64,000 bases of DNA, taken from assembly GCF_026210795.1 (NCBI RefSeq), contig NC_089434.1, positions 4,340,001-4,404,000 on the forward strand. Direction: 5' to 3'. A model generated the notes under the pieces. That model saw nothing but the letters and a program-made list of their open reading frames with translations. It was not told the origin of the DNA and made no database searches. The translations under genes and the position numbers were made by a program. The first letter of the stretch is position 1. Each line of letters begins with the position of its first letter. Source of the stretch: Rhizophagus irregularis (lineage: Eukaryota). Below are positions 28,673 through 40,800 of the stretch, piece after piece.

Positions 28673-30140
28673 CTTTCTGTAGCGGTTATTTTAAAGTAAT
28701 TTTTTTTATATGATTATATGTATTTGTACTTAAAAACTTTACTAATAGATTTTGAAGAAAATGTGTTTTTATCATGTGTCTATCTTTATCTACTACATTT
28801 TCGAAGTTAGTACTTTTCAAAAAAATCTTAACCAGTTAATATTAAATTTTTTTTTAGTTGCAAATAATATTATACTCACATATTAGTTGTATTTCATTAG
28901 TCTCGTTATTACTTATTACAGTTGTACGGGTCACATTAAACTGGACATTTTCCTGAAACATCCAATTTCCTGAATTCTTATTTCCCAAATCTTCTGAAAT
29001 TCGATTTACTGCCAATATTCTGAATCCTAATATCTCGAATTACAATATCATGAATCCTGAATTTGCATAAATTGCTGTTTGTTAAACAATAATTAAAGTG
29101 AGGCATTCTAGATTTCTAGTTGAATGATAACTGTTCATTCTGTGTTTGTTTCGTGAATGCATTTTTGTATAAAGTGAACTTCAATAATAAAGTTAAAAAA
29201 TTTGGGAAGAATGTGCTGAGATCAAATTTACAAAAAAAAACACTTCTGTATGTCAAGAAAATTAATTCATAACTTAAAAATTATATTAAAAATTATGCCA
29301 AGAAATTTTTTTTCCGAAGTACAAACATCAAATTAATTTTAATTTCTTTTTCCTTTGATAATGAATAAAAAAAAAATACTTGTATTATTTAGAAAAACTA
29401 GACAAATTTTTTTTATTTTACTTAGCAAAACGATTGATCACGTGATATTAGTAAGATATTTTCCAGTAATATCCCTCAATTTTATCACCTAATCATTACT
29501 TAGTGAAATGAGTCCCGATTAGCCTATATGTTATTTCATACAATATATGAGCATCAATTATGACATATACACGTTAATTTTCTTATATTTTAATAGTTTT
29601 TTTTGTTTTATTCATGCTTTTATTTATTAATTTATTCATTCGTTTATTGTTTGCTCATTTATTTATTTATTAATTAATTTGTTTGTTTATTATCAAAAAT
29701 TTCTCAATTTTTACATATAAAAAAATAAATATTGAAAAAATAAAGTATCAGAAAATTAAAAATCACATGATATGAGGTGGGTTGCCAAATATTAATAGCC
29801 TTATATTATTATTTTGATAATTTATATCTCATAATTAGAAAAGTTATAAAAAGATTTATTTAAATTACAAACTAAGAAACTTGTAAAATATTTTACTACT
29901 CTAGTCTTAGTGTTTAAATAATTCTAAGTATAATAAAAAAGTGAATATAAATACATAATCTAAAAAAAAAAGAATTATTTAAATTACAAACTAAGAAACT
30001 TGTAAAACATTTTACTACTCTAGCCTTAGTGTTTAAATAAATCTAAAAGAATAAAATAAAGAGCAATTTTTGTTGAATACATGATATTCAAATATCACTT
30101 AAAAAAAGACTATAAATCATTTTAAAACACATATAATTGG

Positions 30141-33100
30141 TTAATTTTCATCTGTTTTAATATAATAAAATAAAATTAATTTTGTATAAATAATTGCAAG
30201 ATTAAATTTTATATGTACTATATTGCATACCTAATGACTTCAAGTCTTTAATCATATAATCATTCAAATTTTCACTTACTAGCATTTCATTTACTTCTTC
30301 ATTAGCTTGTAAATCTTCGCTTTCAAGAATTTCATTCAAGTTTTCACTAGTATTTTCAACTGCTTTAATATCTAAATAATCAAATAAATAATTCATTTTC
30401 ACATAAATAATTTGCAAGATTAATATTTTATATATTATAGTATATACCTAATATTCTCAAATCTTTAACCGCACAATCATTCAAATTTTCACTTTCAAGA
30501 ATTTCATTCAATTTTTTACTAGTAAAATCAAGTAAGCGACTTGTATAATATGCTTGTGAATGAGCTTCAATAGCAAGATTGCTATGCTGCCCAATTGGAG
30601 CATTTATAAATTCCATAATGTTGCTTTTTAATTCATCATCATCAGGACGACGGTAAATCCAATCCTTAATAACTTTTTTCACTTCTGAAGTAGATGGCCT
30701 TTTTAATGGATCTTCATTCCAACATTTTTTCATTAAATTTACATAACATTGTGGAGTATTTTCAATAATTTCAGGACGTTCACCTTTACAAATACTTAAA
30801 CTAAGTTGAATATCATGTGCTCTATTATTAAATGGTGGTACCCCAGATGTAAATTCCCACATAATCATAGAAAAACTATATATATCACTAGCTGGAGTGT
30901 AAAATTTGCCTCTTAAAACTTCAGGAGCCATAAATGGTATAACACCATAAATATCATACTTTTTCAAAAACGATTTTACAGGTTGACATAATCCTAAGTC
31001 ACTAATATAAATTTTATCCTTATTCTTATCATTATGATTTAAAATATTACCATCATGAAAATCACAATGAATAAGTTTTTCTCCATGTATCTTACTAAGT
31101 CCAGAAATAATATTGTACAACATATATAATTTTTGATTCCAATTAATTTCGACTATTCTTGTTAAATTTTCTCTTAAATTACCTTTATTTGCATACTCCA
31201 TTACTACCTTATATTTTGAAGTATTTGGATCTTCTGTGAATCCATAAACATTTATAATATCACCTGAAGATAAAACACTTGCATGATATTTCCACTATAA
31301 AAAATAATAATTATTATTATATACAAATAAATTTTAATTTAAATTAATAATAGAAAATAATATACTATCATACTTCTTTTAAAAATTCATTTAAATTTTC
31401 ATTTAAATTTTCATTTAAATTCTTGGGACATTTAAGAATTACTTCTTTATCTCCATTATCCTCTAACCAAGTAGCTTTGTATATAATACCAAATCCTCCT
31501 TCATTAAGATATTCAACATTTTTAAATTTGTTATGAGGAAACCATTTTAATCTATTTTTAACAATAAAATCATCCAAAATTGCATTTCCACTTTTTCCAA
31601 ATCTATAAATTTAAATAATTAAAATTATATTGTATATTGTATTATAATTTATACAAAATAATTTATTACTTACTCTAAAATTTAAATAGGAATTTAATGT
31701 AATATAAGTCTTAGTTTTTGGATAAATACATATAATAATCTATAATTTACAACTTACCAACTAAAGTAACAGATATTTTAAATGAAAGAATTAAATTAAC
31801 AAATAAATATTATATAAAATATATAACAATAGGAATACTTACAAGCTAGATCATAAATAATTTTTTAAATAAAGAAGTTAGATAGTTTAAATTATATGTA
31901 AATATTATAACAATAAGTAATAATAGAATTAAATAAATAACTTATAACTTACGATCTATTAAATAAATAAAGAAATTAGATAGTTTAAATTATATGTAAA
32001 TATTATAACAATAAGTAATAATAGAATTAAATAAATAACTTAAGACTTACCAACTAAAATAAATTACAAAATAATTTTTTAAATAAAGAAATTAGATAGT
32101 TTAAATTATATGTAAATATTATAACAATAAGTAATAATAGAATTAAATAAATAACTTACTCCCTATATTATTTAATAATTTTTTAAATAAAGAAATTAGA
32201 TAGTTTAAATTATATGTAAATATTATAACAATAAGTAATAATAAAATTAAATAAATAACTTACCATCTATAAAATAATTTTTTAAATAAAGAAATTAGAT
32301 AGTTTAAATTATATGTAAATATTATAACAATAAGTAATAATAGAATTAAATAAATAACTTATAACTTACGATCTATTAAATAAATAAAGAAATTAGATAG
32401 TTTAAATTATATGTAAATATTATAACAATAAGTAATAATAGAATTAAATAAATAACTTACCATCTATAAAATAATTTTTTAAATAAAGAAATTAGATAGT
32501 TTAAATTATATGTAAATATTATAACAATAAGTAATAATAGAATTAAATAAATAACTTACACCCTATGTTATTTAATAATTTTTTAAATAAAGAAATTAGA
32601 TAGTTTAAATTATATGTAAATATTATAACAATAAGTAATAATAGAATTAAATAAATAACTTACCATCTATAAAATAATTTTTTAAATAAAGAAATTAGAT
32701 AGTTTAAATTATATGTAAATATTATAACAATAAGTAATAATAGAATTAAATAAATAACTTACACCCTATGTTATTTAATAATTTTTTAAATAAAGAAATT
32801 AGATAGTTTAAATTATATGTAAATATTATAACAATAAGTAATAATAGAATTAAATAAATAACTTACCATCTATAAAATAATTTTTTAAATAAAGAAATTA
32901 GATAGTTTAAATTATATGTAAATATTATAACAATAAGTAATAATAGAATTAAATAAATAACTTATAACTTACAATCTATTAAATAAATAAAGAAATTAGA
33001 TAGTTTAAATTATATGTAAATATTATAACAATAAGTAATAATAGAATTAAATAAATAACTTACTCCCTATATTATTTAATAATTTTTTAAATAAAGAAAT

Positions 33101-34449
33101 TAAGGAAAGTAGTTTAAATTATATGTAAATATTATAACAATAAGTAATAATAGAATTAAATAAATAACTTACTCCCTATATTATTTAATAATTTTTAAAT
33201 AAGAAATTCGATAGTTTAAATTATATGTAAATATTATAACAATAAGTAATAATAGAATTAAATAAATAACTTAAGGCTACCAACTAAAATAAAATTTTAA
33301 AATAATTTTAAATAAGAAAGTTAGATAGTTTAAATTATATGTAAATATTATAACAATAAGTAATAATAGATTAAATAAATAACTTATAACTTACGATCTA
33401 TTAAATAAATAAAGAAATTAGATAGTTTAAATTATATGTAAATATTATAACAATAGTAATAATAGAATTAAATAAATAACTTAAGACTTACCAACTAAAA
33501 TAAATTACAAAAATAATTTTTAAATAAAAGTGAATGATAGTTTAAAATTATATGCTAAATATTTATAACAATAAGTAATAATAGAATTAAATAAATAACT
33601 TACACCTATATTATTTAATATAGATATCATATAACTTACACCCTGTAGTATTATTAATTATTAATTAGTTAGATATAAGATAATATAAAAGTATTTACTG
33701 TAAATTATATATATATTACTTACAATCTAGTTATTTAAATTAAGTATAATTAGTTGAATTATGTAAAATATTGAACAAATAAATATAATATATATATTGT
33801 AACTTACCATCTGTAATATAATTAATTATTATATAGTTATTTAAATAAAGAATTTAAGAACTTAGTTATTTGAATAATATGTAGAATAAGATAACTTACC
33901 AACTACAGTATTATTAATCATTAAATAAATTATTTTGTTATATAGAATACAATAAAAATAATAAGTAATTCATTATATTAACTTACAAGCTAAATATTTA
34001 ATAATTTTTATATAATATAGTTAGTTTAAATTATATTTGTAGTATTTGAGTTGTTTATAAATAAAAACTTAATACTTCATCTTGTTTGATATACCTTTAG
34101 ATTCCTTGGTATCACTTCCTTCAAATTCCTCAATATTACTTCTTTCAAATTCTTCAGTGCCACTTCCCTCAAATTCTCCAGTGCTACGTTCTTCAAATTC
34201 TTCTATATTACTGGAAACTAGTTTTGTTATATTGCAAATTTGGTTTAATTATGATTACAGTATTTACAATTAAATTATAAAATTCTTAATATTTCAACTT
34301 TGTTTTGTGTATTACATTTACCTTCAGATTCTTTGGTATTACACGAAACTAGTTTTATTATATTGCAAGTTTGTTTTAAAATTTGAATAATTCTAATTTA
34401 TATTACTATTCATGTTATATACTTTACCTTTATCAATACATTGACTCAT
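30141..34449 (-). CDS. Tyrosine-kinase-like protein kinase with an N-terminal micro-exon array
   Basis: Exons 34428-34449 (MSQCIDK), 34322-34348, 34095-34217, micro-exons in 31674-33989, 31374-31602 (EGGFGIIYKA, VILK), 30448-31294 (HCDFHDGN, SDLG, MAPE, SDIYSF), 30231-30371 and a last short exon ending TAA at 30141-30143. Splice phases are mutually consistent. Confidence 0.85.
31674..33989 (-). repeat. Tandem ~90-110-bp intron units separated by 3-nt micro-exons
   Basis: Each unit on + reads acttac-NNN-ct(a/g), i.e. (t/c)ag|NNN|gtaagt on minus; the homogeneous core units have a CTAAT branch-point-like motif upstream of the AG. Confidence 0.85.
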
Positions 34450-36413
34450 TATACCAAAATTCTCCCTAATTGTAAAAGATAAAGTAAATATCTTATTTTC
34501 TTTTTTTATTATTATTAAACGCCTTTATTAGTATAAATATGGTAACAATATTTATGCAAAATACATTATGTGCAAAAATGGTGATCACAAGTACAAGTAT
34601 TGCATCATTGCAAACAAACCAGAATGTTGATCAATTAATCATTTCATCTTAAGCAATTATTAAGCACCAATGAAATAATTATCATTCATTTTTATATAAA
34701 ATTAGTTAGTTTACTTATTTTTATTTTTATTGTATTATTTTATTATATTGTTTTTAAATAAATTACAGCACTTTGAAACAAAAAAAAAAATCAACAATTC
34801 CTTTCAATAATTATTAACTTTTTTCAAAATGTAATTTTATTAAATTATAAATAGTTTTATAATGTTAGACATTAAAATAAATAATTTAATTTATGATTTG
34901 CCAACCATAGAATACATCTATGTAATAAAACAATAACCTGATGCTTCTCACTATTAAAAAGTTTTGAAATAAAATATAAAGTTATAAAAAAAAAGCATTC
35001 CAATTAAAGTGCATAATTATGGTATCACATGAATTTCAGCCACCTCCTTTTTACAAATATAAGATCATATTTCCTAATGGCTAAATTTTTGCAATTTTCC
35101 AAATTTAATTAGTAATCAGCAAAATTTTGTTCTGTATTACACTTATCATTTTATGTCACTATGGTGAAATTATGAATTTTTTAATTATCAAAATTTATAT
35201 TAATAAATGCTTGACAATCAGGCTAAATTAAGTTATATAGGTGAAAATTTTTGAGTAATGCTAGGGTCATCCACCCATACGATCAACTGGCATTTATATT
35301 TATATTTTTTTTTTGAAAAAAATTGTGAGATAGAAATAATGCTAGAGGCTGTGAATACCTGATTTTTGATTACTAAAGCTAATATTTTTTTTTTCTTTTT
35401 AAATTTTTTCTTCTTTTCTTTAATATTGCTTAACCATTATTTTTTTTTTATAAAAAAAAGTAATTAAATTTTTTCTTCTTAGATCCAGTTGGAAATCTAC
35501 ATATAAGCATACTGAATTGAATCAATAGACACTGAATTTTTATCTTCTTTTTTAATGATAATTGATTATTAATTAATTTTTTTCTAAAAAAAATTTTTTT
35601 ATCATTCTAAACAATAATGATCTAAACAATCAAATTCCTGTATATGTGATTATTTATATACATATGACCAATAATATTGGTAAAACTAATTAATTTGCAG
35701 ATGAAAAATAATTTTATCAACAATAACTACAGTCAACTCTCTTTATAGTCACACATTTGGAACAGTCCATATTTGGTGATTATAAAGAGATGTGACTATA
35801 TAAAGAATTTCTTATATTTGTATATCATAATTCTGGCCAAAAATTAACATAATTTTAGCCAGAATTATACTTAAAACTTTATTGTATCGTAACTTCGCCA
35901 ATATTAATCGTAGAGAGATGATCTTACCGCCATTTGATTCGTCTTGATGAGACGGTTCTAATGGTATAAAATACGTCGAAATCCAATCACTAGATTAATT
36001 TCCGAAATTAAAAAAATATTAATGGTTTTTGTGTAATAACTCTGTCAATATTGATCCTAGAAAGACGATCTTACTACCATTCGATTCGTCTTGATGAGAC
36101 GAATCTAATGGCATAAGATACATCGAAATCCAATCACTAGATCAATTTCCGAAATAAAAAATATTAAATGGTTTTTAAGTAATTACTCCGTCAATATTGA
36201 TCACAGAGAGATGAGCTTACCATCATTCGATTCGTCTCGATGAGGCGATTCCAACGAGCTATAAATCGTCATTTTACAATCACTAGGTACCGAGAAATCT
36301 AGCAAAATGTTAATGGCGCAGTAAACGTAAATCAAGAAATATTATAATGCCGATGTTTAACATTTTGTTGAATAACTCGTCAGTCAGTGATCGGAAAAGG
36401 ATAAAACTACCAC

Positions 36414-37645
36414 TAGGGTTGGTCACCCTATCTCGGTGGTTAATCACTGAGACCCTCATTAAGCCTGAGTATGGTGAGGTCGCAGGTTCGATTCCCTTGA
36501 CCACGGAAATAAAAAAGAATTTTACTGCGGACGCTACAACCAATAGCGTGAAGGTACAGGGATTAGTGTAGTTGGACTGCATCATGGTGAATTAGTGTGT
36601 ACGGTTAGGCCGCACATTTCAACTAAGGGTCATAGTGTCCTTCTAACGTTCCCTATGAGGCCATTGGCATGTGCGCAGTCCTGTCCTTAAGGTCACTACT
36701 ATACCTTGGGGGGACTTCCTGTCTGGGTGGTCACTCCACGATACCACTTGAAGTCAGTAATGGCTAGATGGTCGTCCTAGATGGTAAAGCTGAGAGTGCA
36801 ATGTTTTAGTGGTAGTTAGACCTTCTGTTAGGTCTTAGACCAACCAAGGTGTTCGTGCACAGAACAAGTAGCATGGTTATGGGGTTCGATTCCTATTCCT
36901 TGGGTCCTGGTTGGTGATCCCTGATGGTTGATACCCACCATAAGGGGTGATCCTAGACAGATGCCTGCTACTTCCTGTCCAAATGGTCACTACAAAGTAT
37001 ACCACTTGGGTAAACAACTGTACTATCGGTGCTAGGTAATCGTGGGCTGTAGTGGCCTTTAAGTGAGACTTAGTACCTAAAATGGTGGTATGGAAGGGTA
37101 CTAAATGGTTGATGTTACCTGTCGAAAGTCCTCCATGAAAGTAGGTGCTCTCTAAAGGTCGTAAAATAAATTGAGTACCAGTATCATGCAATGGGTATAG
37201 GATGAGTAGGCGGCGTGTACCTAGCTTCAGATCAGCCTAAAGTGGCCCGATGGGGGATGTCTTCTCTAGTGGTGCTGTTACCTGAGGAATTAAGTACTCG
37301 GTATAATGGTTGCCCAATGAAGATGATAGGACTAAGGTTGCTTGTCTAAACCTCTTCAAAATCCTACGATTAGTTTCGTCAAAATTTTACTATAGATTTA
37401 TTATAGTTTCAGCAGAGTTTTGGCAGTTTCGGCATTTATAATAAGTTTCGGCAGTTTCACCTTTTTCCAAAGTTTCGCCAGTTTTTTAATATAACTTTAA
37501 TATAGTTTCGGCAGAATTTTGCTTTTTGGCGAAATGCCATCTTGCCTAAACCCCTAGGTTTCGGCAAGCAACCTTAGATAGGACACAGACCTGAGATTAG
37601 TCTCAAAAAGAGGCAATGGGTGGTCTGGCCATAAACACTAGCAAA
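36414..37645 (+). mobile_element. GC-rich SINE-like retro-insertion with tRNA-like head
   Basis: Flanked by the 21-bp direct repeat ggaaaaggataaaactaccac (36393-36413, 37646-37666); B-box-like GGTTCGATTCC at ~36485 and again at ~36883; no convincing ORF. Confidence 0.65.
37333..37576. mobile_element. hAT-type MITE nested in the SINE-like insert
   Basis: TIRs taaggttgcttg / caagcaacctta, perfect 8-bp TSD gataggac, internal gtttcggca repeats. Confidence 0.9.
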
Positions 37646-37841
37646 GGAAAAGGATAAAACTACCACCATTCGATTTGTCTCAGTGAGACGATTCTAACAA
37701 GCTATAATACATCTTTGTACAATTATTAGATGCCAAGTTATTTAATATATTTTTTATATAACTGTGATTATAAACGGTTCTTTTTAATATAAGATTTTTG
37801 AGGACAGGTGTGATAGTGACTATAGATAGATTGTGACTATA

Positions 37842-40800
37842 TCAGTCAGTGGAAATGTCCCCAAAAATTAAATCAAATTTTATTTAATATGTTTGACAAT
37901 ATAAAAATTCTAGCGTAGCATTGTCTTCAACTATATAGTGTGTATATATAATTTAAAGTTAGCTAAAATTAGTTAAATCAATTAAAATTGCCGATCAATA
38001 AATCATAATTCTGGCCAAATTTTTGTTAATTTTGGCCAATTGCGTAATGCCAGCCTAAATTTCATTAAAATGAAATAATGCAGGTCAAATGTAACACTGC
38101 ATTTACACAATGTAACGTCTCTAACTCAAATAATAAAAGTAAAACTTAATGACCACTTTTACAATCTTATTGAAAAAAATTTCGCAAAAGTTGTTGTTAA
38201 AGGGTTGCATTTCTCAGTTACATTTTGCCTATTTTTAGTGACTAAAAAAAATATAAACTGAAATATCCCAATATAATCGCCCTCTTTTTTTACCGTTTAT
38301 TGTAAATATGTCAGAAGAAGAAAGTTTTGACGAAATTAGTGAGTCTGAAAGAGTTTCACTAAAGTTTAATGAAATAATAAATTATATTAATGATAATACT
38401 GATAATACTAGTGCCTTTAGTGACATAGACTTCGAAGAACTTGAGGATATTGATGAGAAAATCAAAGAACACGAAATTTGTGATGAAATGGATAAAGTTA
38501 TAGACGATTTAGAACAACAAAAATTTACATCATGTGTAATTATTGATTACATGGAGGAAAATTTCGGCAATGTGAAGGAACAGGAAAATTAAGACAACTT
38601 CGCAATTTAATTGGCACATGGCAAGTTGATAGGGATGCTATTAAGGAGGTTGATGGTATTTTATCGAAGTTAGGAGTATGTGATTCACACTTTCAATTTG
38701 ACAATAAATATTTACATCAATCATCAAGTAAAAAAATTAAAGATTTTAATAAAGGAATTATTCAATGGCGTCGATGTATTTCTTGCAATAAATATGTAAC
38801 TTTCTTTTCCAGAGGTGCAGGATGCGCTATACATTCTTGGTATTTAAATAAGAAAAATATTCAAGTACCATGTATTGGACAATATAAGTGTGAGGCATTA
38901 CAATCATATCCAAATTTATGTAATCGAGCTTATGAGAATATTAAAAGATCTCAAAGCATTTGTTGCATATGCTATGAAAATTTAGGAGGGCATGTTCACC
39001 ACCGCTCTGGAGTTAGAGGAAAGAGTGCAACAACGTGTATTACCGAAAAGTTACATGAAGGTGATATAACAAAAGGACTTGAATTTATAGGAAATTTATT
39101 AATAAAAATTGCACAAATGGATAATAATGAAATTAAAAAAAATATTTTAGTTAAAACTTTTGAAATTCTTCGTCCACTAGCATCTAATGATGATTTTGAT
39201 ACCACAATTCCGATTCCAATAACTAGAACGTCAATAAATTATGAAGAACAAGAAAAAATTATTCTTGATAAACCTCCTACTTTATTTATGATAAAATTTC
39301 TTTTTATAAAAATTTATAAAGAAAAAGAAGTTAAAAAAAATGAAATTAATAATTATAAGGCAAATATTTCTTATTTTTTTTTTAAAAAAAAATATTTTTA
39401 ATTTTAATTATTTTTTATTTTTTTAACAGGAATTTGGATGTACATTAGGACAAAAATTATGGGACTCACGATTAAATATCTATTCAAAAAAATCTGCTAT
39501 AGAATCTCCACAAACTATTCAAGAATATTATAATGCTTTCCCAAAATTTTTGAATGATTTTTTTTCTGGAATGATTAATGAATTATATCAGAAAAAGATG
39601 AAAGTATGCAATATTAAACGAAAAAAACATCACAAATTACCAAAAATTATAATTCCAGAAGAAATAACAAAAACTGTAACATTTATAATATCAATATTAT
39701 TAAATCTAGCTTTTCCTCAACTGAAAGTTTGGCTACCTCGAATTTTAGCTAGTTTTAGTCGTATGCCACGATTATTAGGCTATTTTCGACAATTATTGAA
39801 AGTTTGCCATGTAATATCTCATACAGATCGACGTGAACGACAACTTGCAAATATTAGAATGGATACAACAGATCCATCAAAACGTCTAATTAAAGGAAAT
39901 AATATTTGGAATTTAGCTATCATCGATAATATCGATTTTAAAGAAAAAACCTTCAAATTTGGTAATATTTACGATGTTACTCGTGGCAGTTCTCATGCAA
40001 CCCTTCGAATGGCTTTTCAAATTCAGTTGCCAATTGAAGTAAAAACTGGTCCAGAACAGGTTATTGAATTAACTGCTGAAACCTTATTATTCGGAATGAA
40101 TCAGGGTGTTGAGAATACATTAACAATATTTCAACAAATCATATGTAAATTGTTAAATTTTAAAAAAATTAATGAAGAATTCACATATAATACGAATTTC
40201 AATGCAGAAACAATTAAACATGAAATACTTAATAAGTTAGATTATGGATCTTGTGGTGAATCTCCCAATATTGTAATCCTAGAACCAGGATCAAATCCAA
40301 ATTCAGATGAAGAAATATTCCATGTTGCCGAAATGTATAAGAAAGATTTTGCAATGGAAAGTGATTCTTTTCTAGATATTGTAGCAGATGAAGCAATATT
40401 TCGCCGATTAATTAAATGTCGAGAAAAATGGCCATATATAAGACCTCTTTTAGGTCAGTGGCATACATCCAAGGACTTTTGTTCAGTATTATTGGTACTA
40501 TTCTCTAGTTATGGACTATTAAGTCTAGCATCCCGTCTAGGTGTTCATTTTTTGGATAAGTTTGAATCTGCAATAGATTATCACTCAACAGCACGGGTAT
40601 TAGATCTTATATGGGTGGCAGTAGGAGTAGCAATAAATATATACGTTAATAAAAAAGAAATATTATTTTCTGAAATAATGAATGATGAAAAAAACAAGCA
40701 CATTTGTCTTAAGGTAATCATTTTATTAAATTAACAACACAGACACTTTTTTTTCTAAAAAAATTAATATATTTATATTTCACTTGTATTCAGATCTGGT

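Noticed and set aside
31850..33620. CRISPR-like repeat-spacer array
   Set aside because: Eukaryotic context, no cas genes, and the variable parts are a few recurring splice-site cassettes rather than unique spacers.
36420..36510. Functional tRNA gene
   Set aside because: A T-arm/B-box is present but I could not build a canonical cloverleaf, and it sits at the start of a TSD-flanked insert.
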